64,000 bases of DNA from Malacoraja senta (taxonomy: Eukaryota). Under the pieces are notes generated by a model, which did not search any database, was not told the DNA's origin, and saw only the letters and a list, made by a program, of their open reading frames with translations. Positions 25,661-37,100 of the stretch are shown piece by piece. Both the position numbers and the translations under genes were made by a program. How positions within the stretch are numbered: position 1 is the stretch's first letter; each line of letters opens with the position of its first letter. The stretch is from assembly GCA_038087875.1 (NCBI GenBank), contig CM075991.1:1364001-1428000 (forward strand). Reading direction: 5' to 3'.

Positions 25661-25915
25661 GCATCAATGGTGTTGCAGAAGAACTAAAGTCGGTGAATAT
25701 TCTTAAAGGTCTGATATTTGCAAAACGTAATCATCAATGGTTGACACAAATCATTGTGCTATCATGTACCAGAACTACAATGATGTAACAGGCTGCAATA
25801 TGCAAAATCATTTATTCAAAATAATTTTGCCCTTGCTGGTTTACAAATAGCCAATTTATTTAATCTGGAAAAATAAACAAGTTCCAAGTTAGCACAAAGG
25901 TAAGCCCCAACTTAC

Positions 25916-26003
25916 ATTTTCTGAACACAGTTTGATGCAGGTAGAGTAATGTTCAGATATTTGATTATTTGATAACCTGGCTTCAAATGATTGAGGAGTC
26001 CCC
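25916..26003 (-). CDS. NCAPH: NCAPH exon 3
   Basis: 88 nt; (R)GTPQSFEARLSNNQISEHYSTCIKLCSEN; TAG acceptor, GTAAG donor. Not in the ORF track. Confidence 0.93.
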
Positions 26004-26488
26004 CTATAATAATGAATGGAAGTCAGAATTAGTTAGTTTAGTGTATGAAAGTTGCTAATGTAGTGCTCAGCATCCAGCCGAACAGAGTGAAGATACACAA
26101 TATCATACTAGCTTACCCAACAATACACCTCAACAGGTAAACAATTTGAAATCGCTCATACTTTTTTATCTGTACCTTCGCTGCAGCTGTAACGCTATAT
26201 TGTGCATTCTGTTCATTTTCTTTTGTGCTAATGAATGCATTCATGAATTTGGCTGGATAGCACTGAAAAGTTTTTCACAGTAGGCATGACAATACATATT
26301 AATAGCAATAATAAATAACAACAGCAAATCACCAGAGTGCCAGGGCAAATCACAAGAGAGTGCCTAACTTGCTGGTAAAAAGCACTAGCACTTGCAAGGC
26401 AAGTAGACAAAGGAGTTCTGCTCTTTAATGGAAAGCATACTTGAGTGCATATTGAGACAAAGCAAAAAAAATGAAAGTCAGCCCCTAC

Positions 26489-26706
26489 CTTTGCACTGGG
26501 GATGCCAGTGGAGTGTCTATGCCACTCAGTTGCAAGTCGGTCACCTTTGAGCGCCTTCTCTCCCTCCTTTCACGTTCGTCATCATTCGCTGAGACTTCCA
26601 TATTTACTGTGGTCTTCAAGCTTGGAATACCCTGCCGCTTTGTAGAAGGAGAAACAAAAATGGGGCCTGCAGGGCTCACGCGGGTGATTGGTGTGGAAGT
26701 ATTCAT
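26489..26706 (-). CDS. NCAPH: NCAPH exon 2, coding part (exon starts 26712; ATG 26706-26704)
   Basis: Acceptor CAG|GCCAAAATG. Encodes MNTSTP...NDDERERRERRRSKVTDLQ...SPVQ. Donor AG|GTAGG, phase 2. Confidence 0.9.
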
Positions 26707-27134
26707 TTTGGCCTGTGAGAAACAAACACTGGATAAGAACAAACATATTGTCATTAGAACACAAGAAATAACAGGAGTCAGTCATTCTGCCCCAGGACCT
26801 ACTCTGCCGTTACCCAAGATCACAACTAATCTTTTACCTTGGTGCCGTATTCCTATGCGAACTGAATGTCCCTCGATTCCCTTATGTAAATCTCTATCCA
26901 CTTCGCTCAGCAATGGAGCCTCCAAGGTCCATTCAGGGGTTCTAAAAATTCACTATCATCTGGTTGAAGAAATCTTTATCCCGAATGTTTGACCGCTTAT
27001 TTTGAGACTGCAACCCCTATTTTAGACACCCCAGCCTGAAGATACGTTTCTACATCTGTTGTTAGAAGGTCAAAGATTTTTGTACGTTTCATTGAGATCA
27101 CTTTTCATTTCTCTAACTTAAAACCGTAGAAGTC

Positions 27135-27910
27135 TCTGGTGTCTCTTCATTATGGCATAATTCCGGAAGCCCTGCAGCTGCGGCTCGCCTGCAGTCCGTT
27201 TGTCTTTACTTTTGTTTTCTTTTGCCCTTTTCTTTCACTTTATTTCAGTTGTGTATGTGTGGGTGGGTGGGAGAAACTTGTTTTTAGTCTCTTCCTTCGC
27301 GGGGATGTGACCTTTTCTTGCCGTATCCCCCGTCTCCGTCTCCGCTGAGGCCTAATCGCGGAGCTGACGGCCTCCAACTGGGACCAACCTAGAGGCTCCG
27401 GAGGCAGAGCCAGGACTTACCAACTTGTGGTGGCGTTGCGGCGGCGGCAACCCAGCTTCAGAGCCTCGGCTGCGGGCCCAGTGGACGACAACGTCGGGAG
27501 CTCGCAGGTCCCAGGTTGGTGACCTGTTCTCCGGAACTCCCGCAACGATAGCTTCGTCCGCTGGACTGGAGGGTGGCAGCTTTGACCGCCCCGGGCCGCG
27601 GAGTTTGAACCGGCCCGTTCGCGGAGCTCGGATTAAGCCGCGGGACTTACCATCACTCGGCGGGGTCACCACATCGGAAGCCTCGATTGCCTCAACGCAG
27701 AGGGAGAACATGGAGGGAAGAGACAAGGACTTTAAGACTTTTGCCTTCCATCACAGTGAGGGCCTGGTAGACTCAGTGGTGGATGTTAAATCTGTGTTTA
27801 TTGTGTGTTTTGTTATTTTATTCTATGTTATGACTGCAAGGCACGAAATTTCGTTCAGACTGAAAAAGTTTGAATGACAATAAAGGATACTTTACTTTTT
27901 ACTTTACTTT
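27135..27910 (+). mobile_element. GC-rich non-autonomous retroelement with Rex1-type 3' tail
   Basis: Ends gaaatttcgttc...tttgaatgacaataaa + (TACTT)n; the same tail occurs as a short insertion at ~9560-9640. No RT ORF. Confidence 0.55.
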
Positions 27911-28111
27911 ATTAGGTAAACCTGCAATCCTGGAACCAATTTGATAAACTATGCATGCTGCACATCTACTCTGACAGGCATTTTTCCATAGGTAGGGAAA
28001 CCAAATCTATATACAATCTTCGAGATGGTGCCACACCTAGACTTTGTGTAAATTGATGAAAGATATCACTACTCTTGTACTCAAACCTTTTTGGAACAAA
28101 GACTAAGATAC

Positions 28112-28345
28112 GATGTGGCGTAGTGGCACAGTAGTAGAGTTGCTGCTGTACAGTGCCGGAGGCCAGGATTCAATCCTGACTGCAGATGTCATCTGTATGG
28201 AGTTCTCCCTGTGACTGGGTGGGTTTCCTTCACATTCCAAAGGTTTGCAGGTAAATTAGCTTTTGTAAAATTGTTCCTAGTGTACCTGTAATCGTTGGTC
28301 AGCATGGACTTGGTGGGCCGAAGGGCCTGCTTCCACACTGTATCA
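28112..28345 (+). mobile_element. tRNA-derived SINE (HE1/V-SINE-like), diverged
   Basis: A-box/B-box remnants and a CR1-type tail (gggccgaagggcctg). Confidence 0.7.
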
Positions 28346-28836
28346 GGTTACTAAACCATTTGTTGTCTGAACATCAGTCTGAAGGGTCTCGACCCAAGAC
28401 GTCAGCCACCCCTTCTCTCCAGAGATGCTGCCTGCCCGCTGAGTTACTCCAGCATTTTGTGTCTATCTTCAGTTTAGCATTTGCAGTTCCTTCCTACACA
28501 TACATCATTTGCTATGTAATTGCTTGCTAAACTTGTGTTTTAACACTCAGAAATTTGCATACAAGGTCATTCAGATCCCCCAAACACGATTATCTTACTG
28601 TAACACGCATTTCCTACAAAAGTGTTAAATCACACATTTTCCCAACTGCCTGCCCATGCCCATTAATCTAGCCTGTTTTTACCCCCAAAATCCTCTCTGC
28701 ATCCTTCTTGCAAGCCACACTGAAATCTGGTATTTTATCAGCAGCAAACATGCAGCCAGAGGAAGTAGCTGAGGCAAGAACAATAATAATATTTAAAAGA
28801 TATTGGTCAGATACATGGATAGGAAAGTCATGGATA

Positions 28837-29150
28837 GGGCGGTCACGGTGGCGCAGCGGTAGAGTTGCTGCCTTACAGCGCTGGAGACCCGGGTTTGATC
28901 CCGACTACGGGTGCTGTCTGTACGGAGTTTGTACGCTCTCCCCGTGACCTGCGTGGGTTTTCTCTCAGATCTTCGGTTTCCTCCCACACTCCAAAGACGT
29001 ACTGGTTTGTAGGCTAATTGGCTTGGTAAATGTTTTTTAAAAATGTCCATTGGTGTAGGATGATGTTAATGTGCGGGGATTGCTGGTCAGCGCGGACCCG
29101 GTGGGCTGAAGGGCCTGTTTCAGCGCTGAATCTCAAAAAACTAAAACTAA
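28837..29150 (+). mobile_element. tRNA-derived SINE (HE1/V-SINE-like)
   Basis: A box TGGCGCAGCGG, B box GGTTTGATCCC, V-domain-like core (ggagtttgtacg..ctccccgtg..tgcgtgggtttt), CR1-like tail ending (CTAAA)n. Confidence 0.85.
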
Positions 29151-29563
29151 CGAAAGGCCTAATGCAGGTAAATAGGGCACCTAGGTCAGCATGGGCAAGT
29201 TGGAGCGAAGGGCCTGTTTCAATCTTGAATGACCATGACTATCACTGATTAATCTAAGTTAGAACTCAAAGCTACTAACATTGAATTCTCCAATATCAAG
29301 TAATACCCCCAGCCCTCCCTATCTCAAGCCTCACAACTCCCTTAACCTATCTATATCAAATTGCAGCTTCCTTTATTTACTCAGACCAAACTTTGTATTA
29401 TCAGAACATTTACTACATCCTCCCTTTACCCATGGCACATATAAATGGTGAAAGATTGATGTCTATTACCACTCATTTTCTTTACCCAGTCTATATATCG
29501 ATTCACATCCTCCGCGATTATTGTAAAACTCCTTGTACACGCACCTCTAATTTTCTGAAACTA

Positions 29564-29710
29564 TGTAGACACAAAATGCTGGAGTAACTCAGCGGGACAG
29601 GCAGCATCTGTGGAGAGAAGGAACAGAGATGCTGCCTGTCCCGCTGAGTTACTCCAGCATTTTGCGTCTACCTTCGATTTAAACCAGCATCTGCAGTTCT
29701 TTCTTACATA
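29564..29710. mobile_element. Palindromic Penelope-derived insertion, centre deleted
   Basis: Long inverted repeat gtagacacaaaatgctggagtaactcagcgggacaggcagcatct / agatgctgcctgtcccgctgagttactccagcattttgcgtctac. Confidence 0.8.
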
Positions 29711-30236
29711 TCCTGATACTATGTCCTGTGCAACCATTAAAGGTACAATTGCTGACAATTATTTTTTACCTTAATGTTTCTTAGCTCCATGCAAAGTGAT
29801 TCCACTTTTTGATTTTATGAAATGAATACGTCTGCAATACTGGCTTTATCCCACTCTTTATAATCAGTTACCACACCACTAGAGTAGTTTACTTCTGAAC
29901 CATGATGCTTTGCTGCAAAATAGTTATGAATTCAAGATTAACCCACGTGGAAATTATATCTCGTGTTATATTTGTGCATTTTCATATAGTTTAGTTTAGT
30001 TTAGAGATACAGCGCGGAAACAGGCCCTTTCGCACATTAACATTATCCTATACCCACTAGGGACATTTTTGTTTCCTAATCTGCCATTACTGCTGGGTGG
30101 TCAAAATGACAAGCAGCAACAATGCTGTTCTACACTGAGACAAACCATCAATGGATTTTGTGTTAATTGCTGATTGATTGCCCGTGGCCACCAGTATGAT
30201 GTTCAAAAGAGCCATTCTAATAACTATCATTTTTTT

Positions 30237-31712
30237 GTTACATATAACCATATAACAATTACAGCACGGAAACAGGCCATCTCGACCCTTCTAGTCCGTG
30301 CCGAACACGTATTCTCCCCTAGTCCCATATACCTGCGCTCAGACCATAACCCTCCATTCCTTTCCCGTCCATATAACTATCCAATTTATTTTTAAATGAT
30401 AAAAACGAACCTGCCTCCACCACCTTCACTGGAAGCTCATTCCACACAGCCACCACTCTCTGAGTAAAGAAGTTCCCCCTCATGTTACCCCTAAACTTCT
30501 GTCCCTTAATTCTCAAGTCATGTCCCCTTGTTTGAATCTTCCTTACTCTCAGTGGGAAAAGCTTATCCACGTCAACTCTGTCTATCCCTCTCATCATTTT
30601 AAAGACCTCTATCAAGTCCCCCCTTAACCTTCTGCGCTCCAAAGAATAAAGCCCTAACTTGTTCAACCTTTCTCTGTAACTTAGTTGCTGAAACCCAGGC
30701 AACATTCTAGTAAATCTCCTCTGTACTCCCTCTATTTTGTTGACATCCTTCCTATAATTAGGCGACCAAAATTGTACACCATACTCCAGAATTGGCCTCA
30801 CCAATGCCTTGTACAATTTTAACATTACATCCCAACTTCTATACTCAATGCTCTGATTTATAAAAGCCAGCACACCAAAAGCTTTCTTTACCACCCTATC
30901 TACATGAGATTCCACTTTCAGGGAACTGTGCACAGTTATTCCAAGATCCCTCTGTTCACCTGCATTCTTCAATTCCCTACCATTTACCATGTACGTCCTA
31001 TTTTGATTTGTCCTGCCAAGATGTAGCACCTCACAATTATCAGCATTAAACTCCATCTGCCATCTTTCAGCCCACTCTTCCAACCGGCATAAATCTCTCT
31101 GTAGACTTTGAAAATCTACTTCATTATCCACAGCCCCACCTATCTTAGTATCATCTGCATACTTACTAATCCAATTTACCACACCATCATCCAGATCATT
31201 GATGTACATGACAAACAACAGTAGACCCAACACAGATCCCTGTGGCACCCCACTAGTCACTGGCCTCCAACCTGACAAACAACCATCCACCATTACTCTC
31301 TGTCATCTCCCATTCAGCCACTGTTGAATCCATCTTGCTACTCCACCATTAATACCCAACCATTGAACCTTCTTAACCAACCTTCCGTGAGGAACCTTGT
31401 CAAAGGCCTTACTGAAGTCCATATATACAACATCCACAGCTTTACCCTCATCAATTTCCCGAGTAACCTCTTCAAAAAATTCAAGAAGATTAGTCAAACA
31501 TGACCTTCCAGGCACAAATCCGTGTTGACTGTTCCTAATCAGCCCCTGTTTATCCAGATGCTTATATATATTATCTCTAAGTATCCTTTCCATTAATTTG
31601 CCCACCACTGACGTCAAACTAACAGGTCTATAATTGCTAGGTTTACTCTTAGACCCCTTTTTAAACAATGGAACAACATGCACAGTACGCCAATCCTCCG
31701 GCACTATTGCCA
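30237..31712 (-). mobile_element. 5'-truncated CR1 LINE, second subfamily
   Basis: ORFs 31303-31812 and 30319-31293 (YMDFSKAFDKVPH, GVPQGSVLG, KYADDTKI) with one frameshift; (ACCATATA)-type tail. Confidence 0.95.
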
Positions 31713-32309
31713 TTTCCAGGCGTGATTGGTGGCACAGGCAAAAGACAGTGAAACAGCCGCAGTATGCTCCATGGATGACATACTTGTGTTTGACAGGCAC
31801 TTGCACATACAATTTACTGACTCGGGAGATGTGCTGCCCACCAAGACTATTTGTATTTTACAAAGTTATACCTTGGATTTTAACCACTACTTTTAAGTCC
31901 CTTTGCTATAAAAAAAAATGACACTGTAAACTTTATCATCAATAATATCTCAATAACACTGCACATATGTTCAAGTAAACAATCTATTTAGCAAAGAAAT
32001 ATTTAGTTTACAATGACCATAGAAATTAGAAGCAGCAACAGGCCATTCAGTCCTTCCAGCATGCTCAAACAAATTCAGTGAATGAAATTCAGTATTGGAA
32101 ATCTGAAATAAAAACAAAGAAATGCAGATCTCCCCTTTTGCTCTGTCTATTGTACTTGAGTTTGACTGGCATTTTAGCATTATCTGACCATAGCAGGCAA
32201 AACAAAGATTTTCACTGACATTCGGTACACGTGACAAGAATAAATCCAGACCCACTTTACAATAGTGACGGCGTTTCAATAGCTGCGCGGTGCTCGGGCC
32301 ACCGTGAAT

Positions 32310-32700
32310 CATTATGACAACAGCAATCTATTATTTTTCCCACCTTCTTCTGACTTCCCGCTCCCGCCGCCTTCACAGACCACACGTCAGGAGAAGGCCC
32401 GTCTCTCCTCAGCCGACCCAACGACAAAGTAAACGGACACGGTCGCCAACAGCGCGGGCCCAGACTAACGGGCGCAATGGAACACCGCTCACCTGCCGCC
32501 GCCGCTACCGCCGCCTCCCCGGGGCCGGAGATCGCCGCACTTCCGGTGCTGTCGCGCGCCGGCGGCCGTTGGTCAATCGGAATTCAAACTCTCCCGCCGG
32601 TAGACTGCGCACGCGCTGGTGGCTGGAGGACTGCGCATGCGTGACGTACACAGCGCGTGCGGTCACGTGGTGTTGGCTGCCGTCAGCGTCGGATGTTGGA
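32310..32700 (-). promoter_or_regulatory. NCAPH CpG-island promoter with CDE/CHR, NRF1, CRE-like, E-box and ETS motifs
   Basis: Minus strand GGCGGG-AGAG-TTTGAA (CHR = 32583-32588). Also TGCGCACGCGC 32606-32616, TGCGCATGCG 32632-32641, TGACGTA 32642-32648, GGTCACGTGG 32661-32670 and ACTTCCGG 32539-32546. CpG density is locally high. Confidence 0.8.
32493..32580 (-). other. NCAPH: NCAPH exon 1 (non-coding, 5' end approximate)
   Basis: Lies in a CpG island, has a CAG|GTGAG donor at 32493/32492, contains no ATG, and sits just downstream of the CDE/CHR element. Confidence 0.75.
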
Positions 32701-33348
32701 AGATCCGAGAAATGTGTTAAACTGAAGGATCCACTTGTCCATCGTGAAATTCCTTTAAAATCAGGGCTGTTCATTCAAGGAAACGGTGGATGAAGAAGAT
32801 AGAAACATGCGGCCGATCTTAATTATTCTATTGAGACAGATCCCACGTCCGCTGACATTCCGGTTTCCAGTTTTATTTTTATGTAATCCAGAATCTCATT
32901 CTCCACTTTATATTTTGTGAAGAAAATGTTCCAGATTTCGATCTTAAATGTATTTATGATCTAGTAGATGTGGCAAATGTGGACTACCAAAAGCAACCTG
33001 ACAAAGTGCCACTTGGTGGACTTGTCCCCTCAGTATTGAAGACCTTAGAATAAAACGTGTGGAGAATCAACTGAATTACAAAATAAAAGTTTTTTTTAAT
33101 GATTGAAGAATGCCTCATGGTTTTCACCGGGAATTGGTATTAAGCTTTTCTCAAGATGCATTTTTGTCAGGGTGGTGAATCTGTGCATTTGTCACAAAAG
33201 GCTGCGGAGGCCAAGTCAGTGGATATTTTTAAGGCAGAGATAGATAGATTATTGATTAGTACAGGTGTCAGAGTTTATGGGGAGAAGGCAGGAGAATGCA
33301 GTTAGGAGGGAGAGATAGATCAGGCATGATTGAATAGCGGAGTAGACT

Positions 33349-33478
33349 GATCAGTCTGAAGAAGGGTCTCGCCCCGAAACGTCACCCATTCCTTCTCTCC
33401 AGAGATGCTGCCTGTCCCGCTGAGTTACTCCAGCATTTTGTGTCTACCTTAACCAGCATCTGCAGTTCTTTTGTGCAC
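33349..33478 (+). mobile_element. 130-bp Penelope-derived unit with an intact minimal hammerhead core, inserted in a CR1 tail
   Basis: 13-bp TSD AGCGGAGTAGACT at 33336-33348 and 33479-33491; CTGAAGA 33356-33362, GAAAC-GTC 33376-33383. Confidence 0.8.
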
Positions 33479-34109
33479 AGCGGAGTAGACTTGATGTGCT
33501 GAATGACCTAATTCTACTCCTATTCCTTATGACCTCATTAATGAGGGCTACTAGGTTTCCAAAATCACAGATGACACATAACTTGGAGGCATACAGAATT
33601 GTCAGACGAAAACAGAGGCACAGCACAACAGACCTGGTTCAATCCCGACGTCAAGTGCATTCTTAGTGTTTGCACATTCTCCCCATGACGGTGTTGTTTC
33701 CTCAAATATGCGGTTTCCTGGTATACCAATAGCTGGTATATTAATTGGCCATCGTAAATTGCCCAGTGTGTAGTGAGTGGTAGAATCTGGGGGGGAGTTG
33801 ATGGGGTGGAAGATTGCAACCTTCACATGGTTTGCCCTGTTTCGACTAATGCAATCAACTCAACGTGCACAAATGGAAGATCAAATAGAACAAGTTGTCC
33901 AACAACTTTAGGCTGTGAACGCCACACGAAAGAAGAGGAAGAAGGGGGGAGTTGATTAAAATGTAGGGCGGTATGGTGCCGCTCACTAGTGTGTAGGATA
34001 GTGCTAGTGTACGGGGATTGCTGGTTGGCTAAACGAAATGAAAAATTGCAGTATATGTATCATTGGTGTAAGTGGTTGTTTAATGATTCGTGTCAATTTG
34101 CTGAGACTT

Positions 34110-37100
34110 GGACTTCCGGTGGCGCCATGTTACGGTAACAGACGCAACACCTAGCTCCGCTCCTGAAAATTTGCAATTTTTCGCGTTAAAATCGGGTCTA
34201 CTGGTCGGGACCGATTAAAAAAACTTACCGGAGCCTCTGGATGTCGCGCTGCGGACGTCATCAGTAAGCGTGGTGAATTTAACGGAGTTTAAAGCCTTTT
34301 AAATGAAAAAATCGTCTCCTGCTCCTCAAAGAACAGTCACAAGACACCTCCTGAAAAGCCAGACGAAACCTGAAGAATTCACCTCTGAAGTGGTCCCTGA
34401 AGTGGTCTCTGAAATGACTACAAGATCCAAGACTGAATTGGCTAAAGACAAAAACAAAGAACTTGAGGAATTAAAGAAATCGGTAAGAGAAATGAAAGAT
34501 GAAATTGTGGATGGAAATAATAAAATGATGGAAAAAAATGGAAAGGATGACGGAGAATATGAGTGCTGGTAATCAGAAAGTTATTGATTCAATTGGCATC
34601 ATAAATAAACGAATTGATGATGTGAAAGGAGAATTATCGGAGAGAATTGATAAGGTGGAAGAAGTTTCCACGGAGAAGTTCAAGGCTGTGCTTGAAACAG
34701 TCGCTTCATATCTGACTACAATGAAAGAAATGGAGACAGATATGGTACGAATGGCTGAAGATATGGAGAGAACAAGGCTAGAACAAGACCACACCACAAG
34801 ACAGATGGCGATTCAGCTGGCGAAAGTTTCGGATAAATGCCTTGATCTGGAAGCTCGTTCGAGACGCCAAAACCTAAGAATTGTTGGAGTGTCAGAGGGA
34901 GCCGAGGGAAATGACCCTCGTGAGTTCGCTGTGGACTTTCTCAAACAACTGCTTAATCTCCCCACTGAACCGAAAATTGAAGTGGCACATCGAGTACCGA
35001 GATTTATACCAAGATCAAAAATAAGACCAGACCATCCACGACAGATCATTGTGAAATTTCGGGACATTTCAGACCTTTAAGACGTTATGAGGAAAATCAA
35101 ATATGGAGTGCAATTGATGTTTGGTAAGGACTCTATCAAACTATTCAGGGACTATCCTTATGAAATTGTACAAAACCGGAATCAGTTTTCAAAGACAAAA
35201 CACATTCTTCAAGGAATTCAAAATGTTAGATACATTGTTTTTTATCCAGCTAAGATGCGGATTACCTACAATGGAAAAGAAAAATCGTTCATAAACCTGG
35301 AGGATGCATACAAATATGCCCAAACCATCGTGGAAGAGAATGCCGCCTAAGGAAGGTAGCTGGAAGGTATGGACGGTATGGACAAATCTTTCTCTTTATT
35401 ATTCCACAGTCATCGGCTGAACAGAAGTGAAGAAACAGTTCTTTTAGTACTTTAAAAAAAAAAACTAAGATGGAGAAATGTTCCATGTGCGCCTCTAGAC
35501 TCCTTATCTGTGGAATTTTAATTCAAGGACATTCTGTGTTCCAAGCGAAGCAAAGAGAGAATAACACGGGAACGACGAACTGAAGAGCAGAATGTGAAAT
35601 ACACCAGAAGCAATTACTGTTGTTTAAGAGATTAAAATACTAACTGAAATCACACAGAACTAACACTTTTAACAATATTAACATAGAAATATTAATGGGT
35701 GCTAACCAGAATTGCAGAATGGGGAAGAATTTAAACAAGTATTACAAAGAGGGAACATCCCTTTTATAGAGGGCGATAGTTGATAAGGAAATAACTAATA
35801 ACAAATTTAAGAACTAACACATATAATTCAATAAGTTTCAGTCTTATCTATATTTGGGGGGAGGGGAGGAGAAGCGGGCACCTGGCTCAGATCCAGGAGC
35901 CTGTTTCAGGTTAACCCCTTCAACCAACAGTTGATTATTATTGAAGGTATAACCATACGTTTAAACACTTAGTAGATAAAAATGTTAGATATATATGATA
36001 AGTCATAACGAAATATATACATATATGGTAAATGGGTGCTATACATTTGATTTGAGGTCCCGTTCCATTATGTTATGAGTAATTAAGGGAGCGGAGCTAA
36101 TTGTTTAATATCGACAATGGAAGTCGATACAACGTTTTCTCCCACCTACAGGTGGGCCACTTGTTACAGTGTCGACAAGTTTAGACACTGTATTTTCACT
36201 TTTTCAATTTTTTTTAAATCACAAGTCACATGCTTGTGCTTTTTGTTTAAGGATAATCGTAAAAGGGATCTACCAATTGAACTTTGTAGCGCAAAGGTTC
36301 CCCCATTATCTAAAGACCTGAGGTTTGGATGCACCGTAAGATTTAAGGGTATTAAAACCATTCAAAATGCAAGACGTTAAACAAAAGAAACTGGGAGGAG
36401 TCACATTCTGCAGTTGGAACATAAGGGGTGTTAATAAACCTATTAAAAGGGGTAAGATATTAGCTCAGCTGAAATTGTACAATACAGACATCACCTTTCT
36501 ACAAGAAACCCATCTCAAATCCCAAGACCAGGCTAGATTGAGGGCGAATTGGATAGGCCAAATATATCACACTTCATTTACTTCGAAATCTAGAGGTACG
36601 TCAACCATTATTCGTAAAGGCATACCATTTAAAGCAAAGAATACCATAACAGATAAGGAAGGGAGATATTTGATAGTTACCGGAGAGATCCACGCTTCCC
36701 CAATCACCTTGGTAAATATATATGCGCCCAACTTTGATAATCCTTGTTTTTTCAATAAATTGTATATATTAATCGCAGAATCTAATTACCAAAATGTTAT
36801 AATTGGAGGAGACTTTAATTGTGTTTTAGATCCGTATTTAGATAAATCTAGGCAAAAACAGAGAGGTAATACGAAATCTAAAACTAGTGAACTCTTAAAT
36901 ACATACATAAAAAATACCAATATACAGATGTTTGGAGGATCGCGAATCCGACCGGCAGGGAATACTCGTTTTATTCAATGGTACACAAAACATACTCACG
37001 TATAAATTATTTCCTGGTGGATACAAAATGAATCCCCTATACTTCGAACCCAAAATACCATACCAACTCGATCTCAGATCACTCCCCGCTAACTTTCTTT

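Larger units (their letters stand above)
1138..32580 (-). other. NCAPH: NCAPH gene span (condensin complex subunit 2 / CAP-H / Barren), exons 1-12; 3' exons lie beyond the left edge of the window
   Basis: Eleven coding exons with canonical splice sites join in frame (1509 nt). They give CAP-H hallmark motifs: [98 protein letters not shown]. The TSS position is approximate. Confidence 0.96.

Noticed and set aside
26471..26992. 173-aa plus-strand ORF
   Set aside because: Antisense shadow of NCAPH exon 2 with no recognisable motifs.
28837..28915. tRNA gene
   Set aside because: The A/B boxes belong to a SINE head that runs into a V-domain and LINE tail; several decayed copies are present.
32314..32793. 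ORFs across the CpG island, or a divergent partner gene
   Set aside because: Stop-poor GC-rich promoter sequence; no supported plus-strand exon found.
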